From a virus (Duplodnaviria; Caudoviricetes): DNA of 64,000 nucleotides. The DNA is taken from positions 224,001 through 288,000 of the IMG/VR virus record IMGVR_UViG_3300021400_001148; one strand, written 5' to 3'. Positions 48,141-59,900 of the stretch are shown in pieces. Positions within the stretch are counted from its first letter, which is position 1, and each line of letters opens with the position of its first letter. The notes beneath the pieces are model-generated. The model saw only the letters and a list, made by a program, of their open reading frames with translations. It was not told the DNA's origin and did not search any database. The position numbers were made by a program, and so were the translations under genes.

Positions 48141-48381
48141 CGAGTCCGAAGTGGCTCTGAAAGATGAAATATGGGGCTGTTTCAAATACATTGGTATTCC
48201 AATGAATGAGATTATGAATATGCCTGTCTATGATAGAAAATATTATATTCTCAAACATAATATGGAACAGGATGAACTCCAAAAAGAACTTGAGGGTGGC
48301 TCTGGTGAAAGTTACACCGTTCAAGGGCAAGCAATCAATGAATATGCAAAAATTGCCCAGAACGACCCGATTAAAAAATAG
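48124..48381 (+). CDS. probable frameshift extension of the hub/chaperone gene (gp51-like part)
   Basis: +1 frame DEIW.....I...EIMNMPVYDRKYY overlapping the upstream stop; no ATG before the conserved-looking part. Confidence 0.55.
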   Translation, partial: FLISPSESEVALKDEIWGCFKYIGIPMNEIMNMPVYDRKYYILKHNMEQDELQKELEGGSGESYTVQGQAINEYAKIAQNDPIKK

Positions 48382-48382
48382 G

Positions 48383-48416
48383 AAATGGCGTGTATCTTAT
48401 TGTTGCACGCCATTTT
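48383..48416 (+). terminator. hairpin/terminator before tape measure promoter
   Basis: aaatggcgtg-N13-cacgccatttt. Confidence 0.6.
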
Positions 48417-48465
48417 CACTATAAAAACAGTAAAAAGATATTTATAAGAAATCTCATATTGCTTT

Positions 48466-51400
48466 ATGTCTGGAAAAACCAAAGATGATGTCGTAAAAGA
48501 GTACTCGGGGAACCTTAAAAAAGCCCGAGGGCTTTTTAGTAAACTCACACTGGATGCATCCCAAAAGGAAGATATGAGACTTCTTGAGGAATGGTTAGAG
48601 GAAACAAATGAGAAAATTCTTAAAAACGCCGACGCATTTAATAAGTTAAGTGACAATGAAAAATCGCTTTTTAATCTTCTCAATATTCTCGAAAAGACCA
48701 GAGACTCTTCTAAACGGTTATCGGACTTAATTGACGAAATTGCCGGCAAAAACAAAACCCTTGCTGAAGAAGTTAGAAATCTATCAGTCAAGTTAGATGA
48801 AAATGCTGAAAATGTTTCTGACGTCGACGCTGTTTTAAGGGTGATAAGTAAAACCCACGACGATACACGAGAAACTTGGATTAAATTTGGTCGGGAGGTC
48901 GCAAAATCAAGGGGACAACTGGAATATTTTGAAAAGGAACTTTTAAAACTTGAAACAGCGGCCAAAGACAGTAAGGTAGATGTTCTTACTAGTAAAATAG
49001 ATTCTATTGGTAATATAGTCAAACAAGTTGGCCAGTCCGTTAAAAACTTCGGAATGGTCATCTTGGAACCTTGGAGTAAAGCACATCAGGCCGCAGCCGA
49101 TTATTCCCGTGCTGTTGGTATGAGTGGACAGGCAATGGATAAGTTCCGCAAGGACACCATTGATTTTGTCAACAACTCCAAAATTTCAGCCAACTACAAT
49201 ACCTCTATTGAGGAACTTATTAAACTTCAAAGTCAGTACTCGTCTCTCACTCAAAGGAATATTCGCTTGAGTGAATCCCAGAAAGAGACTATGGTTGCTA
49301 CAGCCAGAGTGATGGGTAATGACAAGGCTCTTGATTTTACCGCCAAACTTGAAAACTTCGGTATTGGGATGGAGAAATCTGGCAAGATAGCTAGTGAGAT
49401 GTTCAATACCGCGGCGAAACACGGAGTTAATTTTGAAAATTACACCAAAGTAGTAAGCGATAATCTGACATTAGTTCAAAATTATGGTTTCAGAAATGGT
49501 GTACAGGGTTTGGCTTCAATGGCCCGCAAAGCTACTGAACTCAAACTTAATATGCAACAGGCTGCGTCTTTTGCTGAAAAAGTGAATACAGTTGAAGGCG
49601 CTATTACAACATCAGCCAATCTGCAGGTACTTGGTGGACCATTTGCTAATTATTCTGACCCTATGGGGATGCTCTATGAGGGTTTGAATGACCTTGAGGG
49701 CCTCCAAGACAGAATGATTAAAATGATGTCCGGCCTTGGGAAGTTCAACGCTGCGACAGGTGAAGTAGAACTCAGTAATTTCAACAAAGTCAGAGTACGG
49801 GAGGCATCCAGAGCAATGGGTGTTTCCGCACAGGAAATGACTAAGATGATAAATCAAGCCGGCGTCCGTAACGAAATTGAAAGGCAAGTTTCGTCTGATG
49901 TTAGAAGGGATAAAGAACTCCTTAATCTCATCAAGAACGTGGCTTCATTCAACAGTGAAGGCCGTGCAGTTATTGATTTGGGTGATGGTAGGGGTGAAGT
50001 TAATGTCTCTGATGTTAAGAAAACCGATATTGAAAAACTCAGACAACTTAATCAGACTGAGGGCGAGGATATTAAGGATATTGCAAAAACACTGCGTGGC
50101 TGGGATGATATCATGCAGGGTACCAAGAAACAACTTGATGCAACCAAGGCACAGGTTACTGAACGGCTTGGTATTGGAAAAACAGTCCTTAACATAGCCG
50201 AAAAAATTGGTCAAAGCAACTTCCTTCTTCATTCCATTCTCCTTGCCCAGTTGGCAATGTCTGCATTTACCGGTTTTAAAGATGTAAACGCAGCTCGTAG
50301 AGGCGTAAGAGACGCTTGGAGGAAAGAACCTATTGGAGGCACTGGTGGTTTTGGTGGTAGTTTAGGCAGGGGTTATCGTGGGGGGAGTAAACCGGCATCA
50401 TATATTCAAAATGGACTTAGATATACACAAAAATCCAATGGGTCTGTTTTAGTTCAAGATATTAAAAACAACAACAAAATTGTAACTAATTTAGCCAAAG
50501 ATAATCTTCGTACCTCACAGAAACTATTATTGTCAGCATCAAAAATTTCCGGAAAAGCCGTCCTTAGTGGTGGTGTTGCTGCTGGTGCTGTCAGTGGTTT
50601 AATTCATGCAGTATCAGGAGATTTTAAAGGCGGGCCTACTGTTGAAAATAGAACTCGTAAAAACGAAGCAATTGGCGGTACAATCGGTTCAACAATCGGT
50701 GGGGCGGTTGGTGCAGCGTTAACTCCATTTTTAGGCCCACTTCCGGGTGTGCTTCTTTCAATTGGTGGTGAATTTCTCGGAAACCGTATTGGTAAAAAGG
50801 TTTCAGAAAGTCAGACAAGACAGAGAAATGAAACCAAGACTAAAATTATTGAGAACTTTAACAGAGGCGGTCAGACTGGGCGTAGTACTGCTAAAGCATT
50901 TGCAAGTCTCCAAGGTGATTATAGCCGAAAACAGTTGAGGATACTCGAAAAGGCAATGGCCGACGGAAAGATTGATGCAAGCGATAAGATTAGCGATAAA
51001 CTCCTCAAAAAACTCAATGAGGCGGGCGATATAACTGCATTCAAGGGTCTCGAAGAAACATTTGCTAAGAGTAAGTTTGGTGAAAAGATGAATGTTGCTA
51101 ACCAGACCAACACAGTCCAGAATGCAACATTTAACATAAAGAATCCTTCAGATAGCGAGGTTATTAAGCGTGCAACTGGTGGTCTTATTACGGGTCCTTC
51201 ACATTCAGAAGGCGGAGTTCCAATCCTCGGAACGCCGATTGAAGTTGAAGGTGGCGAGTATGTTGTTAATAAAGAGGCTACAAGGGAAAATTTCCATATT
51301 TTGGAAAGAATCAATAATAACCGTAACTTTAGCAAGGGCATCTCTGAAAAGGAAAGTACTAAGGTAAATTCTTATATTTCAGAAAAAATTAATAACAACC

Positions 51401-52023
51401 ATAACAACAATAAAGCGACAACAGAAAGGGTTAATCTTGAGAAAGATTTTACACAGAAGGATATAATTAAGATTTTTGATACCCGTAATTATAATAAACC
51501 TATTTCGGAAAAATATGGCCCGGAAAAAATTTTTGTAGAAAGAGATAACGTAAATTCTTTTAAGAGTGATAAAGTAAAACCTTCCAATAGTCGGAAGAGT
51601 AACGAGACTGTTTCTAAAAAAGTTAACACTGAAAGACTTTTTGCTCAAAAAGATATTATAAAACCGCTCGAAATTACAAAGAATGTTGGGCCTACAAGTA
51701 TATTGATTTCCCCGACAGTCGAGATTAAACCAAGTGAGAATAACAGTAAGTCTGGAATACAGCCTCTGAAAGTTACGCCCACAAGTGTTGAAACAACTAA
51801 CAGTACTACAACAGAGGTCGGTGTCAAACCCATAAAACTGGATGTAAGTGGTACAATCAAACTTGCTGGTGGTGGTAAAGAAGTAGACATAACGAAGATT
51901 ATTGAAACGCCTGAGTTCCTCACACAACTCGCACAACTCATAGAGAACAGACTGCAGGATAACATTCAGGGTGGTAATTATAAAGAAAGCAGGAAAAATA
52001 AACTTCACACTTATCTTGGATAA
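48466..52023 (+). CDS. tape measure protein
   Basis: 1185 aa, helical, Gly/Ala-rich hydrophobic segment, GG.ITGPSH..GG...EGGEYVVN motif; TATTTATA at 48439. Confidence 0.8.
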   Translation: MSGKTKDDVVKEYSGNLKKARGLFSKLTLDASQKEDMRLLEEWLEETNEKILKNADAFNKLSDNEKSLFNLLNILEKTRDSSKRLSDLIDEIAGKNKTLAEEVRNLSVKLDENAENVSDVDAVLRVISKTHDDTRETWIKFGREVAKSRGQLEYFEKELLKLETAAKDSKVDVLTSKIDSIGNIVKQVGQSVKNFGMVILEPWSKAHQAAADYSRAVGMSGQAMDKFRKDTIDFVNNSKISANYNTSIEELIKLQSQYSSLTQRNIRLSESQKETMVATARVMGNDKALDFTAKLENFGIGMEKSGKIASEMFNTAAKHGVNFENYTKVVSDNLTLVQNYGFRNGVQGLASMARKATELKLNMQQAASFAEKVNTVEGAITTSANLQVLGGPFANYSDPMGMLYEGLNDLEGLQDRMIKMMSGLGKFNAATGEVELSNFNKVRVREASRAMGVSAQEMTKMINQAGVRNEIERQVSSDVRRDKELLNLIKNVASFNSEGRAVIDLGDGRGEVNVSDVKKTDIEKLRQLNQTEGEDIKDIAKTLRGWDDIMQGTKKQLDATKAQVTERLGIGKTVLNIAEKIGQSNFLLHSILLAQLAMSAFTGFKDVNAARRGVRDAWRKEPIGGTGGFGGSLGRGYRGGSKPASYIQNGLRYTQKSNGSVLVQDIKNNNKIVTNLAKDNLRTSQKLLLSASKISGKAVLSGGVAAGAVSGLIHAVSGDFKGGPTVENRTRKNEAIGGTIGSTIGGAVGAALTPFLGPLPGVLLSIGGEFLGNRIGKKVSESQTRQRNETKTKIIENFNRGGQTGRSTAKAFASLQGDYSRKQLRILEKAMADGKIDASDKISDKLLKKLNEAGDITAFKGLEETFAKSKFGEKMNVANQTNTVQNATFNIKNPSDSEVIKRATGGLITGPSHSEGGVPILGTPIEVEGGEYVVNKEATRENFHILERINNNRNFSKGISEKESTKVNSYISEKINNNHNNNKATTERVNLEKDFTQKDIIKIFDTRNYNKPISEKYGPEKIFVERDNVNSFKSDKVKPSNSRKSNETVSKKVNTERLFAQKDIIKPLEITKNVGPTSILISPTVEIKPSENNSKSGIQPLKVTPTSVETTNSTTTEVGVKPIKLDVSGTIKLAGGGKEVDITKIIETPEFLTQLAQLIENRLQDNIQGGNYKESRKNKLHTYLG

Positions 52024-52025
52024 AG

Positions 52026-55000
52026 ATGAACGATAATGGTGTTATATATTTGGGCGTAAGTGACATCTCCGGGAAAACCCCGGGGCTGTACAACGGCTCA
52101 TTTTTCATAAGGAATAATGCCCTGAGTAAGAACCGGGGTAAGTACAGTATGTTTTCCGAGAGCCTCAGTTCCAATGGCGGCGAGGCAGTCGGCGAGGCAT
52201 ACGAGGTTGGTGACGCCCTAAGGTCCAAAGACCTCGGGGATGGTGGCCTGTTTTCTTATACACATGAGGCGGAGTTGGATACAAACCTTTCGAGAAATAC
52301 CAACCTTTTATCTTCTTTCCTTGACTATGAAGAAAGCCGCGACATTGAACGGGCTTTGAATGAACCTAACAACTCACTCCCTTGGAATAATAAGTTAATG
52401 CCGTATTCCGATGCTTCTTCTTATGAGAAGTCATCCAAGTTTGCTGACTATAGGGAGTATGCGAAATCTATTTTCCAATTTGGTCTTTCTTTTGAGAGCA
52501 ATCTGAAAGGTAGTGTGAATTCTCTGATGTACGGCGGTTTTACACCAAGCAAGACGCTTTTGAATGATGTAACGGAGTTTATTGACGGACATCAGGGTAC
52601 TATCTTGAATCCCGTGCCGACAGACTGGGCTCTTGGAGATACCAATCTTGGTTATACCGGAAAAAGGATGGTTCAACTCCAGAGGTTCTTCCAGAAAAGT
52701 AGCCTTTCGGACCCAATCACCAGAGGATTGGAAAAAAAAGACTATGAGGAGACAGAAAAAACGATTTTCCGTAAGGGAAATATAGGGAAAGATTTCACAC
52801 AGAAAGAAGCATACACGGATAATACACAGTCTGCTGAAAATTACATAACTGAGGTCGAAAAAGAAGAGGATAGGAAAACTTCCGAAACAACCAAGAACAT
52901 CAGGCAGTATAATTTCAGTGGAAACAATTTCAAACCTACGAACAAATATGTGTCGTTTGTGGGTGAGGAGGATTTTGGAAAAACCGTAGGTAACACCGAT
53001 GTCGTCCCGGGTAAGAACAGGAAAGTGGCTTCCCCTGATGAGTTCAACATTGGGAACGGTGGTATAACAACCGGACTTAAGGCCGCCGGGAACTATCACG
53101 GTGAGGTTGGTTACAATTTTTATGATGAGGGGGATTTAGAGGATGGCGGACGAAGAAATAAATCAGCTTTTACTGGGCAAACATATGACAGCCGCATAGC
53201 CTCCGGGGTGCAGGAAAACACATCTTCTGGTAATAAAAAGAACTTGCTTAATATAACAAGAAAGCTCTTCAATGAACATAAGATAGATACCTTGATGGGC
53301 CGTTTTCACACTTCCGTCAGTGATAACCCTGACAGTGCTGAAATACAGGAAACACAGTCGGCTGTAAGTAGTTACGGTCTTTCCCACGGAAGAAATTTGT
53401 TGGCTGGTCGTGAAACCATAAACGACTATGACAATCCGTACTGCCGTGTGTGGACATATCATCACCAGTATTCAAAAATCAGCGACCTTATCAGGCCTTT
53501 CGATGCCGATAAACCAATAGAGGAAGTTCAGGCGAACTATCTCGGACGCCCTATTCTCGGGCTTAAGAATAATTCTGTTGGTTCTTGGTCAACCAAAACC
53601 GTCCTGAATAAGAACGGACTTGTAAACATTGCGCCGATGAGGGGTGAAAATATGAAAACGGCCTCAGTCGACATCAAGCAGTGTATGTTCTCCATAGAAA
53701 ACCTCGCTTGGAAAGATATGGGGAAAAAAGAGAGAAACTTCCCGGAGTCAGAAAGAGGACCACTGGGTGGAAGAATTATGTGGTTTCCACCATATGACTT
53801 AAATATAACCGAAAACTCGAATCCAGAGTGGAATAAGAATACCTTCATTGGCCGTGGTGAAAGTATTTATACTTATTCAAACACTGAAAGAACCGGAACT
53901 CTTTCTTTTACAATAGTGGCAGACCACCCTTCAGTTGTTGATTATTGGATGAAAAACCACGCAGGCGGAGACGGATTTATAGATAAGGATGAGGCTGAAC
54001 AACAACTCCTAAGATTCTACGCTGGGTGTGATAATTTGGACCTTACAGAGGTTCTTGAAGAGATTGAGACCCCAGAGGAAGAAACACATATAGATGAGGA
54101 ACCAAAAAAGAAAGATACGGTTGACGGAAGGCTGACTGTTAAAACAGGATACACACCGGACAATGGATATTCTTTTTACCTCTATTTCCCTAATAATCTT
54201 AGTGGTAAAGACTATTTGGATGAACCTGATTTGGTTATAGACTACCTGATGCTCGGAAAGCAGAAAGAGGAAAATATCGAGACAGGTGTTACTGTGGACA
54301 ATGTGAAATGGGCTGTATATGACCGAAACATTGAACGCACACCAAGATACACTTCATTTAGTGGTGAGCCGTGGGGCTATGAAACTGGTAAAGGCGCAGG
54401 GGAATCGGTTTCAGATGCAAATCTTGGAATAACTGATTCATCGAACAACAATCATTTCGTCTTCGAGAAGATTTATCCAAGCCTTACTGAAAACAGTAAA
54501 CAGCCCAAGGGAATTGCTCCGAATGAATCCAAGTTTGTCTGGGGCTATGCACATGACAATGACACTTCAGCCCAAAGGTTACAGGCTGGTACGGATAAAT
54601 TAGTGAAAAACCAATATCTGGATATAACAGACTTGGGTTTCAACGCATCAAGAACAAGCAAGAGCGATGCGGATATCAACTGCTCTTTCCTAGATGCTTA
54701 TATTGCACTTCAACTTCAGAACAGCCCTGAATATAGTTTCATACAGACCTTCAATGAAAGGATTGCGGCCGCAAATCCCAAATATGATGTTTCAGAAGTT
54801 GCTGAGTTCCAGAGAAAGATGAGGGAAATGCTTTATGACCCACAAAAACTGGAAAACCAAGGAAACACCAATATGAAAAATGCTGTAAGGAAAGTTTATT
54901 ACAGTATCAAGGGAGGTGCGTCTGACCACGGGTATAGTTCAAACAACAACAATCTTGCAGCCAACCGCAGGCGGCTTCTCGAAGAGTGGATAAAGAAATT

Positions 55001-56582
55001 TGGTGGAAAAGATTGGGAGTATGTTGAAAATGAGGCTAGCAAAATTCCGGAAATAGGTGGTACCAATGGCAAAGATGTATCAGACGCGTTACCGAAAGAG
55101 GCCCGCCGTGCCAAAATACAGATATGGTGGGAATGGGAGCATATCGATGATGTAAATCCCGAACCCTTAAACAAGAAGAAGAATAGCAACTCTTCACAGG
55201 TACAGAACAAGTATCGTCTTGTAAAATACAAAGAAGGTAACGATTTCTCAAAATATGGAAAGGAGTATACTTTCTTCAAAGAGTTGAAGAGTAGTGATAA
55301 TTTCCTTTATAGGAATATTATAGACAAGGTTAAATATTTTGACCCTGCCTATCACGCCATAACCCCCGAGGGTTTCAACGGTCGTCTTGCTTTCTTGCAT
55401 CAGTGCACAAGACAGGGCCCGACCGTAGAATCCAATTCCAATGGAAACAATGCTGGGTATGCCGGCAACCTTTCTTTCGGAAGACCCCCGGTATGTATAC
55501 TGAGGTTAGGTGATTTTTACAACACAAGGATTGTAATCAATTCCTTGCAAATAAACTTTGACACAAATCAGTGGGATTTGAATCAAGAGGGGATTGGTGT
55601 ACAGCCAATGCTGGCAAAGGTTACAATGTCTTTCGTGTTCCAAGGTGGTAGTTCCCTCGGCGGCCCGGTAACAAGGCTTCAAAATGCAATTTCATTCAAC
55701 TACTACGCAAACCAAGAGGTTTATGATGACAGGGCTGACAGTATGGTTTATAAAGACGGGAAAGTAGATGATGAAGGGACTTATATCTGGGACCCTTGGA
55801 CAGAAGTGGAAGAGAAGAGGACAACCGGTGATACAAGGGAAATTGATACCAAAAAAACAACTTACCTTAAAGAGAAAGAGTTAGAGACAAAACAGGCTAA
55901 GGTGAGAAGTGAAAGAGTGAACAATACAGTCAATAGTGTTGCTAAGGAGACACTGGGTAAAATCGCTGTGGAAACTCTCGCCAGTGAATGCCTTAGTTAC
56001 GAACAACTGATTGCCAGCCTTCCAGGAAGAAGCATAGAAAAAAATCTTAAAGTCGGGGATATTTTCACCTTCTACAAAAAGAAGTACGGTAAGAGTTTAT
56101 TGGTTGATTATACAGAGAGGAACTGCCAATCACTTGAAAAATGGGTTGAAAATGCTTATAATGAAAATGACCCTTGTTTGATAAGTGATTTTGCAAATGA
56201 TACTTTCAGAAACTATATTTTGAATACATATTCCAAAAAGAATTGTGAGAATTTTGAAGAAATATGCGAGAGATTCTCAATAGAAACCGGTCGAAGCGTT
56301 TTTTATAATACAAACGACCAAGAAACTGTTTCAATAGTGAATACTCTTGCAAGCCAGTATAGTACTGGGTTCACAGAAGGAATGGAATGGGTATATGCAA
56401 ATGCCATTTATCAGATTTTGTTTGTGGATAATAACAGAACTGAAATTGGCAACTTAGGGTATCGCGCTACTGAAGATGGTGGCTGGGAAGTTAATCCCTC
56501 CTCACCTACGGAGGCGGTTCTTACTTCGAATGATGTGGCAATAAGAAATGTGTTGAAAAACACTTTTAATAGGATTTTTTAA
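52026..56582 (+). CDS. large baseplate/tail-tube-initiator protein with OmpA-like insert
   Basis: W....IGR.E.IYTY..TER...LSF and PPVC.LR.GD...I.SL...WD motifs; G.AS...N..LA..R insert. Confidence 0.6.
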   Translation: MNDNGVIYLGVSDISGKTPGLYNGSFFIRNNALSKNRGKYSMFSESLSSNGGEAVGEAYEVGDALRSKDLGDGGLFSYTHEAELDTNLSRNTNLLSSFLDYEESRDIERALNEPNNSLPWNNKLMPYSDASSYEKSSKFADYREYAKSIFQFGLSFESNLKGSVNSLMYGGFTPSKTLLNDVTEFIDGHQGTILNPVPTDWALGDTNLGYTGKRMVQLQRFFQKSSLSDPITRGLEKKDYEETEKTIFRKGNIGKDFTQKEAYTDNTQSAENYITEVEKEEDRKTSETTKNIRQYNFSGNNFKPTNKYVSFVGEEDFGKTVGNTDVVPGKNRKVASPDEFNIGNGGITTGLKAAGNYHGEVGYNFYDEGDLEDGGRRNKSAFTGQTYDSRIASGVQENTSSGNKKNLLNITRKLFNEHKIDTLMGRFHTSVSDNPDSAEIQETQSAVSSYGLSHGRNLLAGRETINDYDNPYCRVWTYHHQYSKISDLIRPFDADKPIEEVQANYLGRPILGLKNNSVGSWSTKTVLNKNGLVNIAPMRGENMKTASVDIKQCMFSIENLAWKDMGKKERNFPESERGPLGGRIMWFPPYDLNITENSNPEWNKNTFIGRGESIYTYSNTERTGTLSFTIVADHPSVVDYWMKNHAGGDGFIDKDEAEQQLLRFYAGCDNLDLTEVLEEIETPEEETHIDEEPKKKDTVDGRLTVKTGYTPDNGYSFYLYFPNNLSGKDYLDEPDLVIDYLMLGKQKEENIETGVTVDNVKWAVYDRNIERTPRYTSFSGEPWGYETGKGAGESVSDANLGITDSSNNNHFVFEKIYPSLTENSKQPKGIAPNESKFVWGYAHDNDTSAQRLQAGTDKLVKNQYLDITDLGFNASRTSKSDADINCSFLDAYIALQLQNSPEYSFIQTFNERIAAANPKYDVSEVAEFQRKMREMLYDPQKLENQGNTNMKNAVRKVYYSIKGGASDHGYSSNNNNLAANRRRLLEEWIKKFGGKDWEYVENEASKIPEIGGTNGKDVSDALPKEARRAKIQIWWEWEHIDDVNPEPLNKKKNSNSSQVQNKYRLVKYKEGNDFSKYGKEYTFFKELKSSDNFLYRNIIDKVKYFDPAYHAITPEGFNGRLAFLHQCTRQGPTVESNSNGNNAGYAGNLSFGRPPVCILRLGDFYNTRIVINSLQINFDTNQWDLNQEGIGVQPMLAKVTMSFVFQGGSSLGGPVTRLQNAISFNYYANQEVYDDRADSMVYKDGKVDDEGTYIWDPWTEVEEKRTTGDTREIDTKKTTYLKEKELETKQAKVRSERVNNTVNSVAKETLGKIAVETLASECLSYEQLIASLPGRSIEKNLKVGDIFTFYKKKYGKSLLVDYTERNCQSLEKWVENAYNENDPCLISDFANDTFRNYILNTYSKKNCENFEEICERFSIETGRSVFYNTNDQETVSIVNTLASQYSTGFTEGMEWVYANAIYQILFVDNNRTEIGNLGYRATEDGGWEVNPSSPTEAVLTSNDVAIRNVLKNTFNRIF

Positions 56583-56585
56583 CAA

Positions 56586-56909
56586 ATGGCAACATACGAC
56601 AGATACAGTAGTTTTAGGAATAACGGTGGAGTCTCGATGGTTCCTTATATAGAGATACCGGTCAGGGATACTGACAGGTACGAAACCTATAAGGTAAATG
56701 AGACGAGGCTCGACCTTCTTTCGAATGATTATTATGGGACTCCGGATTACTGGTGGGTGATAATGCAAGCCAATTCAGAGTATGGGGCTAATGAGTTTGC
56801 TATTCCAGATAATGCATCTATTCGAATACCATACCCTATTGGGACTGTGTTAGACGGTTATAAAACCAGTATTGAAAACTACATGAAATATTACGGTTAC
56901 AACGATTAA
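56586..56909 (+). CDS. baseplate wedge gp53/tail-X LysM-like protein
   Basis: RLD.LS..YYG.P..WW.I..AN....IRIP motif. Confidence 0.85.
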   Translation: MATYDRYSSFRNNGGVSMVPYIEIPVRDTDRYETYKVNETRLDLLSNDYYGTPDYWWVIMQANSEYGANEFAIPDNASIRIPYPIGTVLDGYKTSIENYMKYYGYND

Positions 56910-56910
56910 A

Positions 56911-59900
56911 ATGGATATTAAAAATACTGACATACAAGAAGTAGGAAGGATTTTATACTATGAACCGAATAAGAAAAACGGCGAAGTATTTAACCCTGAA
57001 GATTATAGTATCTTTGTTGACTTAGTCGTTGAAACAACCAACAGGCTCACTAGAAAAAAAAGTAAAGCCGAAGCCAACTTTGATGGAAAGACACTAATTT
57101 TCAAGGGAAACCATATCACTTCCACAAGTAGAAACTATCTTTCCACAAACGTTCTAAACAATACTTTCCAAGATATTAGAGAGGGAAATAATAAAGAATG
57201 TCTTGGTATAGAGTATATTGACATCGCTTTTAATTCTTGGAACTGTCCGGAGGTTAATATAAAGTTTACGGATGTGAGGGGGGCTTCTCTGCTTTCCCCT
57301 GCGGACTACTATGATAACAGGTCTGTTTATGGCACCTATGGCGATGGTGGGCGAAATGAAGAGGACTTTGAATCTTCATTAATTTCATCCTTTTTCAAAT
57401 TCCCATACCCCAAATATTCACTTAGAATCAAAGGATTCTACGGAAAAGCGGTTACATACCAACTTTGCGTGACAGATTTTAAAACTTCGTTTAACTCCAG
57501 CACAGGTAATTTCGATATAAATGTGAAGTTTATTGGTTATATGTTCGGTTTCTTTACTGACATTCCATTTAACTTCCTCTATGCCGCGCCTTTTATGAGC
57601 ACGGGTAAAAAATACTGGGAACTAAGTGATTTTACCTTTGAAACCGGAAGTAAAATACCAACGCTTTCCGAACTTCGTAAAACATTGCAGGATGCCGGAA
57701 AAACAGTCGATGAAGACCCCAATTGTCGTGCAGCCGTTAAGCAGATTTCCAATGAGAGGGTTACCATAGATAGGACTAATGACCTTCACGAGAGGTTTGA
57801 CGATTTTGTGAAAGAATTCCCTTCGATTACCATTACGACCCAAAGCGGTGTTTCCAGTAACAATAATCGGGGTGAAAGCAGGGAAGAACTTGCGTGGGAT
57901 ATTATGTTCCTACCCTCAAAATCAAGTTTTTTCTTTGATGACAAGAAAAACGGTATTAATATTGAGAGTAAATATTCGGCGGTTGCAAAAGAAGTTGTAA
58001 AGTCATTTGAAATTCTTGGTAATGACGGTAGAAATACAAAACAAATTAATGAATTTATCAATGCAGTGAAAAAAGGCGGCGGCTCTGGCAAATATAAACC
58101 AGAGAATTTAACTGTTAAAATTTTCACTGTTAGTTATGAAAATGACAAATTTACCTTAGAGAAACTTGCAGATGATGAAAACAGCAGTAAAACGCTCCCT
58201 TGCTGCAATAAAAGCGAACGGGAAGAAATTTGGAAGAAAATAGATGAAAGTAAGGCCGAGATTGAGAAACTTTTAGCGAGAAACTACAGTAATCTTGGAA
58301 AGGATTATACCTCTTTCTATGCGATATATTTTCCTAAGTCAAAAATAGATAAGGAAATTGACAGCATTACTAATCTGGCAACAACCGAAATAGAAAACAA
58401 GAAGGGAATTATTACCTCAAAGAAAAACAGTGTAATTAGAAACCTCATTGGGTTTGAACCGACAATAAAAAACATTGTTGATATTGTTCTGGCTCATATG
58501 GATACTGCTATGCATGTCATTTATGACAGGGTGATAAACAGGGTTGCCGAGAAGGATAATAGAAAGGATATGTCTCGCTATGGGTTGACATCCGATAATA
58601 CTGACATTAACACAAAAGACCCGAGAAATACCGCAATTCCTCCGTTTTTTACTTATTACAATACACAGAAGAAAGATTCCAAAGGCATTAATTCTTTTGA
58701 TACCATAAGCAAAAACGAAGAAATGTGGATTGGGGATAATCCCCTTCTGAAAAACTTTGACGAGGTTGCTTTCATAAAGGAGTATGCAAGTGCTTTATCT
58801 GAAATAGATAGTGAAAAACGAGAGGCTGAAAAAACCATTAACGATATTCGTAATGGAAAGGATGAAAATCTCATTTACCTTCTCCCAATCGATAATATGG
58901 ATGAGATTGTGAACCCATATGACGGTCTGATAGATGATGCTGCCGGCGACGAAAGTATGCTTGAAAAAGTGAAAAAAACACTTTTATACCGCACACTCTT
59001 GTATAAACTTTTTTATAAAGAAACAGTTACATCAGGAAATACTACCGATAACACATGGAGCCATATTCTTTCAGTGTTAGGGGAGATAGAAGCGACCGCA
59101 TTTTCAAAAACAGCCGCTTTCATAGGTCTGAATGATGCGGTATATAAAAGCATAAACGATGATAAGACTGTTTTTCCCGTAGCCCCGGGGAGCACGGTCA
59201 CTATTAGCGGTGGCGGGTATAAAAGAGCCGTCTACAACAAGGAGAAGATTCCGATAAAATTTTCGTCACCAGACAGTTTCAATTCACAGGCGTCCGGTGA
59301 ATTGGGCAGCCCATATGAAAAGGCGTTGATTTCAGTCGAATATCCGAACCAGACCTCTGAGTTAAACGAGATGTTTTCTATAGCAACCGAACCGAAACCG
59401 GATTTTGATGGTTTGGTGGAAAATGTAAAGGGGCTGTTTAGTAAAAAATCTATTGGGGACTCACCAAAGACCACTGGTTATTTTACCAGGGGTAATTGGG
59501 GTGAACAATTTTATGTCATGAAGTATCTTTTCGACCCCAATGGAAACGATATGCCTAAGAACTCCGCTTTAAGTGGGGTAACGCGAATAGATTCTTCTTG
59601 GATTAATGGTCAAATTATTAAATATTTGGATAATGCATTGGCCAACAAAGGCTTTAAGGATAAAACCGGAAGGTATCTTCCTGCCTTTGCTGTAAACAAT
59701 TCGGAAACGCTTTTTAACCACGAAGTCTTTACAAGTCTGTCTGGAGAAACGGCAGATTTGGCGAGAGCATATCTTTTCCTTAACACATTGCCATTAAAAT
59801 TTGATGGTCTGACAAAAATCCTGAGAAGTATGTCAACCCGTGCCGGCATTATCTCTTTGCCTAAGGGTTTGGTACTATTGCTCGGGGCCCTTTACTGGAG

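Noticed and set aside
51420-51665. Short duplicated peptide (EKDFTQKDIIK / ERLFAQKDIIK) in the tape measure C-terminus
   Set aside because: Only two degenerate copies in a low-complexity region; no evidence of separate function.
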